A stretch of DNA of 64,000 nucleotides from Convolutriloba macropyga. Lineage: Eukaryota. Positions 37,553 through 50,660 of the stretch are shown here, one piece after another (within the stretch, counting starts at the first letter, position 1; each line of letters starts with the position of its first letter). The DNA is taken from positions 22,816,001 through 22,880,000 of the forward strand of contig NC_134477.1 in assembly GCF_964194025.1 (NCBI RefSeq). Reading direction: 5' to 3'. The position numbers and the translations under genes are program-made. Below the pieces are notes generated by a model. It did not search any database. It was given only the letters and a program-made list of their open reading frames with translations, and was not told the DNA's origin.

Positions 37553-38060
37553 TTATAAGTTTGTCACTACTTAGATGCACACTATGGAACTTTAATAATA
37601 ATTGTTGTTTCTGCGTAAGAAACTAAGTGATAAGACAACAGATCATTTTTAAAAAGGGGCCAAAATTCTAAAATTCACTATTATTTTATGAAAACATATA
37701 GTGGCATTGTCATAATAAGTTTTAGCTGCCCCTTAATGAATTCAAGCAAAAGCAAATAGGCCAAATTAGAACACATATGTACCGTAGATGCACACTATGG
37801 ATCTTTAATAATAATTATTGTTTCTGCGTAAGAAACTAAGTGATAAGACAACAGATAATTTTTAAAAAGCGGCCAAAATTCTAAAATTCCCTAATATTTT
37901 ATGAAAACAAATAGTGGCAATGTCATTATGAGTTTTAGCTGCCCCTTAATGAATTCAAGCAAAGGCAAATAGGCCAAATTAGAACACATATGTACCGTTT
38001 TAAGTTTGGCACTACTTAGATGCACACTATTGATCTTTAATAATAATTGTTGTTTCTGCG
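37553..38060 (+). repeat. About 213-bp unit, 2.3 tandem copies, with a diverged copy at about 39057-39220
   Basis: TAGATGCACACTAT..TTTAATAATAATT at about 37572, 37786 and 38017. ACTAAGTGATAAGACAACAGAT..GTACCG recurs at 39057-39220. Confidence 0.85.
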
Positions 38061-38061
38061 C

Positions 38062-38362
38062 AATCGTAGCGGAACAGAATTAGGCTACATTAGCCTGTTC
38101 TCAGCTGCCATTTTTTTAGTATTCCCCACATATCAGACTGATCTTCTTATGAGCAGCATTGCTCTTTTTTGGCAACTATAGCCACAATTTATTTGCGTCT
38201 GAAACTTTCACGTGGTACCATCATTGCAGCCGGCATTGGTCAGGCTATGGTCAAGCTGAAGCTATGGGCTCATCCTCACACAAACAATTTCACGGAGGTA
38301 GGGGACTAAGCACTCAATCATTGGCGTGTGAACCACACACCTTACCTCTCGGCTATTACGCC
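38062..38362 (-). mobile_element. Possible tRNA-derived SINE
   Basis: Minus strand starts GGCGTAATAGCCGAGAGGTAAGG (A-box-like) with a degenerate B-box. It abruptly truncates the 213-bp repeat. Single copy in the window. Confidence 0.4.
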
Positions 38363-40569
38363 ACATCTTTTGATAAAATTTAGAGTTCCATAAGTGAGTT
38401 CAGAAGTCATTTTTTGACTGAGGCAAGTCACGCAATCGACCTAAAAGCAGAAATGACGTAATGCAGACAAATTTTAACTGCAAGGCAGTAGAAGTCACTG
38501 AAGTCATTGAAAAAGTCAGGGTAAGACGAAACAAAAACGATGATTTAGACGAAGTAAAAAATTTTAGGAGCGCAATAATAGCCGCCTGGAATTGCTGACA
38601 CGGCTATTAACAAACATATATTCAGAAAAGGCAGTAGTTATGAACTAAAATGACTTGCTTTAATTGAAGCCTTTTCCGCAACCAATGAGACCTGTCGATA
38701 ATGAGGCTGACTAAAGTAGGACGATAAAGTAGAAAGAAACACGCAAAACTCAAAAAACTCGATAACTATTAGCGAAAATAATAAGTGTCAAAGCTATAAA
38801 AAGCACTAGCTCTGAACACAAACGGTTAAATCAATAAACCTAACCACTATTAGCAGCATCAGATACCTGTCCTCAATGAGATTAAATGATAAGAAATCAA
38901 AAAGTACAATAAATACTTGGGGAACTGAAAAAGTCACTCAAAATTTTTACGAAAAAGTAGTGTCAAAGTCAAAAAAAACCACTAGCTTCTAACTCGCGCC
39001 ATAATTTAGGTTCTTTTATGCCTCATTTTCAATCAATCAGACTTGTCATTGATGGTACTAAGTGATAAGACAACAGATAATTTTAGAAAAGGGGGCAAAA
39101 ACCTAATATTCATTAATATTTTATGACGACAAAAACTGGCAAAGTCATAATAAGTTTTAGCTGCCCCTCAATGAATTCCAGCAAAGGGAAATAGGCCAAA
39201 ATAGAAAACACAGGTACCGTCTCAAAAGCACTGAAGGAGAGGAATCTCTAAAAACCGAAGTCAAATTGACGCATCTGAAAAAATCCATCTCAAAAACCGC
39301 CCAATTGATCAAACACCAAATTCTCACTCCGCTTGAAAGATATTTTGAAAAAAGTCAAGCCACAAACGTAATCAATTTTTCGTTCCCTTTACTATTTCAG
39401 TGTGACTCTATTTTGACTTCTCATTGACGTGAAAACGCCGAAGAAATAGTATAAATACATTATAAAAAAGACAGTTCACCGATACAATTCAAATTCTTTG
39501 AATTGTAAAATTAGCAAGCAAGACAAGTACTGAAATACAATCCAAAGAATTAGATGAAACACTTAGAAGTACTCTACAGGACCAGCAGATCAATTGAACA
39601 AACAATGCCAGCCAAAAGACAAACAAAATCATCTCAAAATTTGAGAAGCTAAAAAACCAAACTAAACAAAACTATAATCATCGCTAAAAATCTTGAAACT
39701 CATTATCTGAAGGCCAAATTTGACTATTCAAATATAGCCGTTAACCCACGCACAAACCATGAAGGCGTTTATCGGCCACTGATGATAGAAAAACTCCAAA
39801 GTATGATTAATAGTTCTGAAAAAAAATAATAATTGCAAAAATTAGTGAATTTTCTAAACTTCGCATTATTAACATGTTCAAAACCACTTTTTTCTCTTAA
39901 ATCAATCCAGTAACATTTCGGCAAGGCCTAAAAAGATTATACTGACCCATTCAAATCGATAAACTTAGAACATGATGAAGTTTCAGGTTAACCACTGAAT
40001 TAACACCGCCATTAACACGAAAAAAAAAACAAAGAAGATTGGCAGAAAAGGAAAGTTGCCGCATTCAGGTCTCATAAACAGCGAAAACTGACTTTTTTAC
40101 CTTTACATCAGGCCTTACTACAGTTTCAGCATATCAAGGTCCTCTTTTGCAACTGAATCCACACCGAAAAGTACAAAAGTCATGGTAAAGTTTCAAAAGA
40201 TCAAAGTCATGGAAAAAGGTGTGAAGTAATCCCCAAAAGAGAAGACCAAATTTCTTCGGCTTGTAAAAATAGGAGCGCAATAATAGTCTACTGAGAAAAT
40301 GAGGGCTGTTATTAAAACATACTATATGAAAAAATAAATTCCGATACTACAAATTTGCGGCAAATTAATCAAGCGATGAATTCAAAAGAATGAGTGGATT
40401 GATTCCACCAGCATTATTCAGTCGAAATTTAGTCGTGCCCTTCACATGACTACATGTCCGTTTTAGTAATAAATTTCAATTTCAAACAAATTGTTTCATT
40501 TGAAACGATCCTTTAGACATCTGGTGACAACTATTAGAGCATCAGATTGGCACTTTATTTGCAAAAGTT

Positions 40570-41066
40570 TATTTGCTCGCAAATAATCGACAAGCTGTTG
40601 GCTTTGGTAGTACCCAGTAGGGGGGTCAGAGATTCTAGGGTTGGGGGAGCAGGGGGTCGAGCGGGGGGTTGAGGGGTCTGGGGGGTTTGAGAGCGCTGGA
40701 CGAGAGAATGGTTCAAACAACCAGGTGGAGGAGTATCGGCGGGGGGTGTTGGGAGGGGGAAGGGGGGTTGAGGTGATTGAGTAAGGGGTGTGGGGTGAGA
40801 GTGACTGGAGGGGAGGGGGGGGGTAAAACTTTCAAGATTAAAAGCCACCCTTCACAACATGTAATTGTCTGTCGCATCAAAACAATTTGGCGAATTGCAT
40901 TCTCAGGGATGGTTAGGCGTAGGTCTCTCAGAGAACTTAATGCCCTCTGAGCGTTACCTGTCATCCCGTTTTCAGGACGAAAAGTCAAATGGGTCAGACA
41001 AAAAATCGGTCAAGTGAAAACTTGCATAAAATATAATTCATAAAACTTGCATAAAACTTGCATAAA
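40570..41066 (+). mobile_element. Diverged copy of the G-rich SINE-like repeat with (AAAACTTGCAT)n tail
   Basis: Shares TTAATGCCC..CCTGT..ATCCCGTTTT..GGACGAAAAGTCAAA..GTCAGAC with 1770-1866. Tandem tail at 41017-41066. Confidence 0.6.
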
Positions 41067-41301
41067 ACAGGACTAAAATAATCTGGCCCCTGCGTCTGGA
41101 AAGACGTGATTAATGAAAAATAAATATTAAAAAAAATTGAAAAACATTGCACGTTCTGTAAAAAAAAATGCTAAAATTGCTGATGTTAAATGGTGAAAAT
41201 CGTTTCATTACCACTAGAAACCAGGCAGTACTATTATCAAGCATTAGAGGAGTTTCCTTGACACCTACGGCTGATAAAACTCAAAAAATGACAAAAATTA
41301 A

Positions 41302-41500
41302 TGGGGTGGGGGGGTCAATAGTGGGGGTGTCTTCAACCTCTAAGAACCGCCCTTCAAACCATAAGCATAAGTCTCCAAAACAGTTTGAGCTCAAGCAGAG
41401 CTGAAACGCTCTAAGAGCACTTAATGCCCGCTGGGCGCTGCCTGTTTATCCCGTTTTTGAGGACGAAAAGTCAAATGGGTCAGACCAAAAATCGGGCAAG
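41302..41500 (+). mobile_element. Truncated copy of the G-rich SINE-like repeat
   Basis: High similarity to 1640-1850. Confidence 0.75.
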
Positions 41501-41743
41501 AGTGATTGGATTGGAAATGAAGAGAATGGCAAGTAATTTAAAGCGCTTGCAGGAAGATTAGGTGAATTAAGTTGAGGAACAATTTACTTGCATTCTCCCA
41601 CTTTATATTCAATTTATCTTTATTTTATCAAGATTTGCGGGTCGCCTTGGTTCTGAGAACATTAATTGCATTCTCTTTCCCATTCCATCAAATTGAGGAA
41701 AGTTGCCAGATTGACTGATAAGGATAGTTTTGATTTAATTGAC

Positions 41744-41891
41744 CTGAATTGGTCTTTGTAAGTGATTTTGTTGAGAGTGTTGTCATCATTGTCTTGTTCG
41801 GTGTTGATGTCCTGTTGTATATTCCTTCCCAATCTCCTAACTTCTACCATTGACACTAAGCACGATACTTTCACCCCAAGTCTCGCTTCCC
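41744..41891 (-). CDS. NCX-like exon, CBD2 G strand to end of the cytosolic loop
   Basis: GEARLGVKVSCLVSMVE...ITYKDQF resembles NCX GxPxLGE...SWREQF. TTTGTTTCAG acceptor, phase 1. The donor (GTCAAT) is weak, so the 3' boundary is less certain. Confidence 0.7.
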
Positions 41892-42304
41892 CTGAAACAA
41901 AAAAACCTACCCCACGTCAATTCCTGTATATTGCATTCCATGCTCTCACTATATACAGTTTTATTTTTTGAATTTGAGCGGGCCGTCACGATTGAAACAA
42001 ATACCAACTAAATCACCAGGCATTCGATTTAAAATTAGTCAAAGGTGGGTTGACATCCTGGATTGGCAAGCGCCACTTACGTAAACACTGGTAATCAAGA
42101 TTATTAAAGTCAAGGTTTTCTTTTATTAGCAACACTAACATATTTATTATCGAACTATTGGTGTAAATTTGGTACCAATTTTGTATATGTGGTATGAACC
42201 AACTTAAGCAACATGTTGATTAATCAAATATTTAATAAGTTACATTCCTATGTGGTATAGATCTCTATGTGCATGATCCATTTTATGCAGTTAAAGATCT
42301 CTAC

Positions 42305-42408
42305 CTTTCATATCTACTGCTCGCTCCTTCTTACTCAGCTCTTTGTCTTTATATCTCTCCTCATCAGTCGTGATTGTCACGGGGTCTGAGAGTCGTACGT
42401 GAAATAAC
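42305..42408 (-). CDS. NCX-like exon, CBD2 F strand and FG loop
   Basis: RLFHVRLSDPVTITTDEERYKDKELSKKERAVDMKG; phases 2/1 fit both neighbours. Resembles NCX FFLEIGEP...EEERRIAEMG. Confidence 0.75.
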
Positions 42409-42873
42409 CTTAAGCAAAACCACCACTTTTACCTCTTTGTATCATATCACGTAATAATAATAAAAAATTAATAAAAAATTGAACCAAACATTGTTACAAC
42501 CAGCTTGTTAGTCCCCAGATTAGGGGAAAATCAAGTTTCAATAATTAAAATTTCTCGAAAACTTTCCATCCTGAAGAGTATAACTTTTATATTTGAATCT
42601 TTTCACTGCTTCACCTTCCAAAAAGTTTTTCACTTCTCTTCGAAACTGACATGGATTTTTGTGTGGTGCATAGTTAGCTATCGAAACCGATGCAGCTAAG
42701 TTATGGCAAATAGTTGCATTAGCCCTTCATATCAAACGCCATTGAGTAAGCGCTTCATATTGAAAATCGCATCTCGAATTTCTTTTGAAAACAACGGTTA
42801 TAAGAAAACTTGATGACTAGGTCGCTGAAAACTTTGATTTATATTGCGAAATTTGAAAAGGGGTGGCCGCTGT

Positions 42874-43172
42874 ATTGGCCGACAGGGCATTTAGCCGACA
42901 ACCAAAAAACGAGAAATTTAACCGACAATTTTAAGTAAAATGCGCACTAAAACTTATTCTGAAGCTGTGATTGGCCAATTTAAAACACTTTCGTAAGCCG
43001 ACAAACGCAGTTTTTTTCATCAACTAGTGTAAGGCCCGTGGGACTTGATATGAATCTATCACAACCTAACTACTGATTTATGGACCAATGAGACTTTAAT
43101 GACCAATTATGATAAAACTGTCGGCTAAATTTCTCATTTTCTCCTTGTCGGCTAAGCGCCCTGTCGACCAAT
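42874..43172. mobile_element. MITE/foldback-like element with about 59-bp imperfect terminal inverted repeats
   Basis: 42874-42932 (ATTGGCCGACAGGGCATTTAGCCGACA...) is the reverse complement of 43114-43172. No TSD identified. Confidence 0.55.
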
Positions 43173-43220
43173 TTTCCTAGCGCCCTTGAAAAGGGGCGGT
43201 TATTGATAATGATAGCGTAC

Positions 43221-43389
43221 CTATCGCCAGAAGCAGATGTGCCTCTGTTAGACATGACTGGGATAATGATCTCATGGACTACTTCGTTATCCTCAAATCT
43301 CAACACACCATTAGTAGCTTTGAAGTCTTTACCCGCAATGGCTGTGAACTCGTCTGTCGTGTATGGCACCTCAACTACTCCCCTCGCTC
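43221..43389 (-). CDS. NCX-like exon, CBD2 (Calx-beta)
   Basis: GARGVVEVPYTTDEFTAIAGKDFKATNGVLRFEDNEVVHEIII matches NCX GARGNVIVPYKTIEGTA..EDF..GELEF. CTAAT branch point, CTCTCTTCAG acceptor, GTACGC donor, phases 1/2. Confidence 0.9.
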
Positions 43390-43607
43390 CTGAAGAGAGT
43401 TCAATCCCAATTAGTTCAGCGGTTAATTAACTTAACACTGAACTCGATTAGAAGTTTTATTAACCTTCTCTTTTTTTTCAGTCTTTTTTAGTCGACACTA
43501 AATACGCAATAACACCCGGGGCGAGGTGGTAGAAATATGACTTGACAAAACGTCGTCTGGGGGAGGTGTCATTCAGGGTCGTTAAATACACGGTCCCGGA
43601 AGAAGTT

Positions 43608-43830
43608 AATGACCCGGTAAGTCGAATCATAAATCTGGTATTTCGGAACAATGACCCGGTCTTTCTATTCATAAATCTGGTATTTCGGAACAATGACCCG
43701 GTTTTTCTATTCATAAATCTGGTATTTCGGAACAATGACCGTGTCTGTCGAATCATAATCCTACCGTTTCGAATCTTAAATCACCGTAATTCGATTCAAG
43801 CGTCCCGTACTTCGAATCATAAATCCACAT
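43608..43830 (+). repeat. 42-bp minisatellite (3 full units plus degenerate units)
   Basis: AATGACCCGG...TCATAAATCTGGTATTTCGGAAC at 43608, 43650, 43692 and 43734. Confidence 0.9.
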
Positions 43831-44258
43831 AATTCGAGTCATGCATCTCGTATTCCTGCAGGGTTTCATCGCTTGCGTTTTTCTTCGTACTTTATTTTTG
43901 CTTCCTTCAACTAGACCCCTTTCCGTTCGTGAAAACAAAATGAGTGTAGGGGGACCATATTAAAGTCTGCGTACTTGCCAAAAGATTTATATTATAACAA
44001 AAAGAACGAACGCCTTCCATACATGAATTGAACAAAAAGCCTCAGCTCGGGGGCTCCCAAGTTGACTAGACTTGTAAGGCCGTATTGCGGCACCGCGTAT
44101 GTGATCGAAAAAAGCTACTTGTTTTGTCGAGTTATTTACTACGGCTATAACTATTATTAAGTTATTAAGTATCCTCTAGTGTACCTTGGTTGTCATCGAA
44201 TTTAATTTAATGCGACTTGGATAATTATTATCACCTTGTTTCAATAATTTGGACTAAC

Positions 44259-44432
44259 CCTTGTACCTCTGAACCTTCAGCATAACTGCATGTTCATTTT
44301 CCGCCACTTCCTCTTGGTCAAACTCAAATGCAAAAATGCCTCTGTGATCGTCATCTAATATGATAACTCTAGCCTCGTCATCTCCGGACCCCAACACACA
44401 AGGTAATCCCGAGTTGTCCAGTTCGTTATTTC
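44259..44432 (-). CDS. NCX-like exon, CBD1/CBD2 junction (missed by the ORF track)
   Basis: GNNELDNSGLPCVLGSGDDEARVIILDDDHRGIFAFEFDQEEVAENEHAVMLKVQRYKG matches NCX DDDHAGIFTFE. TTTAG acceptor, GTTAGT donor, phases 1/1. Confidence 0.9.
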
Positions 44433-45659
44433 CTAAACATATTCATCATAAAACCAGATCAGGTTTTTTTTAGCGAAGATCAACTGAAAAAAACGGCTTC
44501 CATTGCGTGAGAAATGTTTGCCATATTTGCAACTTCACTCATCTGAACACAATCTTGTAAACCTAGAGGAGCTTTTCTAAATCGTAACATAGCTGGCAGA
44601 TTGCCAGCAAATAGCCGCAATAGCTTCGTAGATCTGCAGTCTCAAAAAATTTAAGAAACAGATCAAAAAAATAAAGTCTTTTTATTAAATGCTGAGATGA
44701 GCAGTAAGAAAGGGGGCAGAGAGAAGGGTTACCATTCGATACTTAGACATGTGAGGGTAGGGGGTGATCGCAGACGGGGAGGGGGTAAGAGTTTATTCTG
44801 CTTTCTTTACGTGTTAAACCCAAACATCTTCCCGGCTTAGCCACAAAACTGGATCTATGAAACACAATTCATTTCAACACGGAGAAAAATGTATAGAAAA
44901 GCCGCGCAAAACCAAGGAAAGAAGCTGGTTAAATTCAAACAGCGAAACTGAAAAAAAATTAAAGTATAAATGTCGACATAAAACTTTACAACGGCATTTT
45001 TTAAGATCACTACAAAAAAAGCTTAATTAGATGTTTTTGCGAAAAAAGTAGGAAAAAGGCGTGAAAAATTGTTTGCTCTACATACTTTTAAAAATTCTTT
45101 TTCTTTCGGTTTGACATTATCGCTACAGAAAAGTTCGGGTCCGGAAAATGGTAAATTGGTTAATTGAGAAGTGCACAGCCAACTTTAAAACCACTTTTTT
45201 GAAAAAAACTTTCAAACATAATTGTAAAATTTATTTTGTTGAACAAAACATAAAGTGGAAACAGCACTCAGTTAATTGAAATAAATATGATCATTGGTAG
45301 TTTTCGTGGTGGCTCCTCAGAATCACTACTACTGGCCTCTTCGGCCGCAAAGTTTTTGAATGGGTTAATGGCACTGAAAATCCTGTCAGAACAGGCATCA
45401 ACCAAATCGTCAATTTCGCTATCTGATTCATTTACTTCCTGGGCTGCAGCAAATCCTGGATCTTGTGGATGCAAAGAACTGGATGCAGATCTCTGTGCAG
45501 CAGTTGAGGAAGTTAATGAGACAACAAAACCAAAATGCTAATCTAGAAGGAATCTCAAACAGAGGTCTTAATTGAAACTGCTGATTCCATTGGACCACAG
45601 CGCTAACCAAGTTAATATTATTAATTTCACAGTCTACAATTTCATAATTTCCAAATGCG

Positions 45660-46400
45660 AGAGTTTAAATGGTGTGCGTTTTTACGAAACGCTTGTTGTC
45701 AAAGGCCGACAAAGGCAAACAAAGCTGTGACGTTGTTACCGGTGAACTCAACTTTATTCTCTAACATTTTTTTCGTTTTGTCTGATAGATTAACATGAAG
45801 TGGCACGTTAGATAGATCAAAAACTCAAAACAATCGAGAACTTCCTGAAACTTTTTGAATAGTTCATAGTAAAATTATGAAAAGTTAAAAAAGTGAGATG
45901 TCAGTGTCGCTGAATAGCAGACGGCAATCAAAGTTAGGTCGAATCACATGAAAAGAAAGTAGTAGGTCTGATATGATAACTTGCCAAGTCCAAAATCGAC
46001 GCGTCCACTATTGTTGGTGTATTCCAGTAGATTTTTACGATGGATCAGTAGTGCAGCTAATTTTTTCCAAATTCAAAAGGGCACTCAAATTCGAAATTTG
46101 ATAAAGCTGAAAATGTAAACCCGGCATCGCATCTGACCACCAATTTGTGTCGACGGCATTTTGACACAAAGTTTTATTCCACGCACCGTTTTTTTTAACC
46201 TTTCACAAAATTTTGTCCTAAATTTATTCTATACAAGTCGACGTTTATGAACATTTGATTCAATGTAGGGAATAAGACACCGTTGTTGTCTGAATTGTAG
46301 CACTTTAAACGTTTCTTTCACTATCAGGCCAACATCCACATAGAGCGTCAAAGGATTGTGAGCGTCAAAGCAAATTTCTCTTTGTCAAATGAACCCTGGT
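45660..46400 (-). pseudogene. Possible C-terminus of a protein-primed family B DNA polymerase (relic)
   Basis: Only one motif: LPLSAFDNKRFV at about 45683-45718, similar to LSxFDDKR of Polinton PolB. Confidence 0.3.
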
Positions 46401-48479
46401 TTCCTGGACTAACTACTTCACCTTAGAGGTAAATTATGTTTTTCTTTAAACTCGAGTTGTTAGTAACACAACCACGCTTTCTCCAGGTAATAATTGAGGA
46501 GCTAAAAAAATCACGATATTCATCCTTCGAGTAGTCCACTTCAGCAACATTGGGCGTTTTCAAAAATTCGCTCAAAACAATCTTCTGACCTCAAACAACA
46601 GACCGCAATTGGTAACCTGTCTAGTTGTTCTCCGTCAACTTTACTCCTCTTCCAACAGCTGGCTATGTGATATCCCGATACTCATTGTGTTTTCAAAGCT
46701 CAATTTCAGCTATAAAGATCTGCAGTGATGCCTCCTCAGACATTTTTCTAGGAACAAAGAGCATAAAATCCAACTTAACTCACGATGAAACTTGCCCACG
46801 CATGCTAACAATGCTCAGCCCAGTTTAAGATATCCATCGTGATAGTGCTGAAATGTGCAGCAATGTAAATTCTCCCACACTCTTTTCATTCATGTTCCAA
46901 TTCTGTTTGATTAGTTATAACTGCGCCACCTTCGAGAGTGTTACGCCAGTTTCCAAGGTTTGCCAGGGTTGTTTCTAAAACTTGGTTCTATCACATACAT
47001 ACGAGTACAACTACCTACGACTTACATATATACAATTGACCAGTAAAGTGACGCCGGTTTAGATCAATTGTGCTCTGTTTCATCTTCTAGATCACATTCT
47101 TCCTCAAAAATCCATTAATGTTTTGCTGAACCTTTGTTCAGGAAATTTCTATGAATCATATAAATTTTTTATGAAGTCATCCGGACATTTGAAGTATCTA
47201 CAGGATGATTAAATAATGATCAAACGACAAATTTTCTCTAAAATCCAGCAACTTTCTGAAGACCGAAAACTGAAAATACGGTTAACAATCTATTCGCCAA
47301 ATTCCAGTACGCTTTTTTGACAATCAGTCATTAGGAAATGGGATAATGAGTGAATTTGCGTTAAATGCAGTTAAACGGTTAGCCAATTAAACCGTTAATC
47401 AGTAAAATTTGCTAGTATTCATAAGTGTCCGCTTTTTGAGGTTTCGACAGTTGAAATTCTGCAGAAACCCTTTTTATTGAGATCCATTCGACAATTTTCA
47501 CGCCCTAAGTTTTCGCCTCAAGCTTTGTTCAATAATAAGAATCCAGCAAGATAACCATTCAATTCAATGTCATTGTTTTCTCCTGCTTCAATCGCATCAG
47601 TTTAGGACTTTTCCCAACTCCCTGAATTAAAACAGGTTAGTTGCACCAGTACAAATAAAAATCTGATCGCAAATCCGGGTGCCTCTTCTTTAAGAGCAAT
47701 ACTAAGAAACCAAGTCAAACAAACAGCGTCACAATTCCACCACAGTCAACATCTCTGGTTACGCTCAGTTTGCAAAACATCTGTGCACCCATCCATTATG
47801 GAAACTCATAATCCTTCCCTGCTGTGACCTACGTTAAAGGTCTTCTACAGGTTAAGGAGGTCACACTCATGTAGAAACCAGGTAGGCAATAATAGCTGTA
47901 AGAGTTTCGACTTAAGTCCATACATGAGGGTAACATTAAGCGTTGGGTCTGGTGTTATCAACGTAACACAACTACAAGAAACTTATTCGGTGATAAGTGT
48001 GCTACGTCCCGATTAGTAAAGTGACTCAAATCTAGCAATGATATGAGGCCAAAACGTCCATAATGTGGGCCGTCCAAAAGAGTACTTTGGAAGTGATTAA
48101 AAAAATGCCTGTTGCCGTCCGTCTTCCAATTGAATGGTTCCTAAACTGAACCAATTTCAAATTGACGTCAGCGTGTTGTAAAATTGTCATTGAAACGTTC
48201 CAAAACGGTGCTCTTTATCAAGTTGGTATGCTATGGTCAAAAGACGACCATCACGTACCATAAAACTACAACGAAGCACTCATTCAACTGAAGTCTCTGG
48301 AAAAAAATAGGTTTTGAAAGACGAATAGCCCCGACTTAAATTCCAAAAGAGCAGAATGGACGACGTTTGCAAAAGCCACAAGATTCAACTGCTGAACTAT
48401 AAAGAGCCCAGTGAACTGGTTAAACGCGAGTGTTATTGCTTCATCAATCAGTCGAATATCCCAACAAACCGAAAAAGTT

Positions 48480-50660
48480 GAGAAGAATTTTGGTTTGTGC
48501 GATAAAACTGCTTTGACCATCATTGAACAAACTACTCTTGACTGGTTCCGGTCTACCTAAGGGTCTCATTCATGTTCTTGTTCACCTTCGCCTGCACCAC
48601 TACGCCACCTCTGCTTATATAGAAGGCAGGCTGCTTAGGTTTAGAGTGCTTTCTGAGGATCAACTCTTATTCAGGCTTTTATGGCGGGAAAACGCATCTA
48701 CTGATGTGATGGTAAATCAGCACACCAGATTTTTTTTCTGGGCAAAAGATTTGCCCACTGCGCAAATTACAACCTTCAAAGAACGGCTAAGGACAAAAAC
48801 CGACAGAACGCAGAAGCATCGTAGGCTATTTAAGACAAGTTTTAATCGACAAACCAAGCAAATTTTGTCAGCAATTTAAAACAGCTGCTTGACGAACTCG
48901 ACATCAGCTTCAATGTCAATGATCTAGAGTAAACAAAAAATCGTGGATTACTGGGATGATACTTCCTCACTTGGTTCGGATCTCAAATGTGACAACAAGA
49001 AAAACAGACTTGTTTTCATCCGTGGAGCATTGTATGCGTACAAAAAAGGCCTCACTCATTATTTGTTGCTCAGTTTATTTTCAAAAGGTTTTAGTTTCAA
49101 AAGACCCAATTATCTTAGTAGCGCCCTTCATAGTTACTGCCCGACTGATGCTAAAAGATATATATAAATTTGAGTAGCCAAAACTGGGATGAGATATAAA
49201 CTATTGACGATATTTAGAGGCTCAATTGATGGGTTCAGATTTACCCATAATAAAAAAGCTTACAGTTGATAGATGATTTTTCCCTGGACAGTTTGACTCA
49301 ACCCAGTTTAATGTTTTTTGGTGACAGTTCCCAAGAAGTCTTCAGCTCTGTTGCCTTCCTGAGAGCCTTTCTGAGAGCCAAACTAAGTCTGAGTTAATTT
49401 CCGTTTGATAAAAGACAACTTATGAACAAAAAAACATTACCAGGAAAAGTCCTTTTTGAGTGTTTACTTCATTTATTGGTCCCAATGGTTTGCCGAAATC
49501 CAGTGGTCCCACTAAACGCTTAGTAGAGGCAAATTACGTTATCAAATTATCCTATTATACCTGATAGCCGCCAACCTGCTGTCAAAATGTTCCTAATAAA
49601 AGCGAATTGGCTTAATCACCACGATATCATTGAGTTCTTGCAAGCTTGCATATATCGACGCTACATAGTCCCGAAACTTTGTTCTGCGTTAAGATCTATT
49701 AACTTCAAGTTCGTACAATCCCGTAAGCATAGCAAATATGCTATCCAACCAATGATAATCCAGCCGATTAACCATTCGAACGAATCTCTCGTGGTTCTCT
49801 TCCCTTCTAAATTTCAACAACGGACTACTTCGGTCCATTTTCTGTGTCAGTCAGACGCTCAAGTAAAGAGCGCTAGGGTTTCTTTTTATCCTGCTTTACT
49901 ACACTGGTGTTAGACCATGAGGTTTTCTCATCTATGGACATTAATTAAAGCGTTAGGTGAATTGAATTCATTACTGTGCGAAAAAGAAAGTCCCGTTTCC
50001 AATGTTCAGGCTATGGCACGATCTTCAATTCTACTGAGCAGTAACTCTTTTTTTTGTATCCGGATTTGAAATCAAATTTCAATATCCATCCAAATGTCTG
50101 AAATGTGAACTTTGTGGCATTTCAATCCATCATCCGCGCCTCAACATGGTGCCTAGTGGGAGCGAATGGTGGAGAGTGTTAAACAAAACTTCTATGTTTT
50201 TCCTGGCGGCCGACATCTAACAGGCGTAGCCCTACAATTAACATTTAGCCCTGTTGAATCGAATTTAAAACAAAAATTCCACTTACTCCTGAAGGCTCTG
50301 CTCCTACGGAACTTGAGGCTATAACCTCTAATCACTTCCATCCCGGAAACAGGTAAAGATTTCATTCACTGCAAGAGAAATGTGCGTACCCAGTGTTACG
50401 CAGACTCGATTCAGAGAAGAAAAATTGAATCATCGCACTAAAAAGTCAAACCTCTCAAAGACCCTGCTTTAGTTTGGGGAACTTGTATTGATAGCTGACG
50501 ACTTGCCTCCCCGTGGATGCTTCCCTATAGGTTGCATCGAAAGCTTCCGTTATGGCAGTGATGGCCTTGCGTGTTGAGCTGACAAAAGACCACTAAATGG
50601 TACCTTGTTTTGACCAGTAGTAAAGTTAATTTCAGATTTAGAAACTGCACTTCCGGGGCC
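48480..50660 (+). mobile_element. Highly degenerate Bel/Pao LTR-retrotransposon pol relic (probably extends left to about 46500)
   Basis: LNKLLLTG..AYIE..LFRLLWRE (Pao RT), DYFGPF, WHFNPSSAPQHGA*WERMVESVK (integrase, about 50115-50185) and GELVLIADDLPPRGCFPIGCIESFRYGSDG (C-terminal domain). Confidence 0.8.

Noticed and set aside
38290-38362. Functional tRNA gene
   Set aside because: The B-box/T-arm is degenerate and there is no clean acceptor stem; at best a SINE head.
43070-43220. C-terminal part of the 99-aa ORF 43070-43369 as coding
   Set aside because: It lies past the splice donor at 43220 and overlaps the MITE-like inverted repeat.
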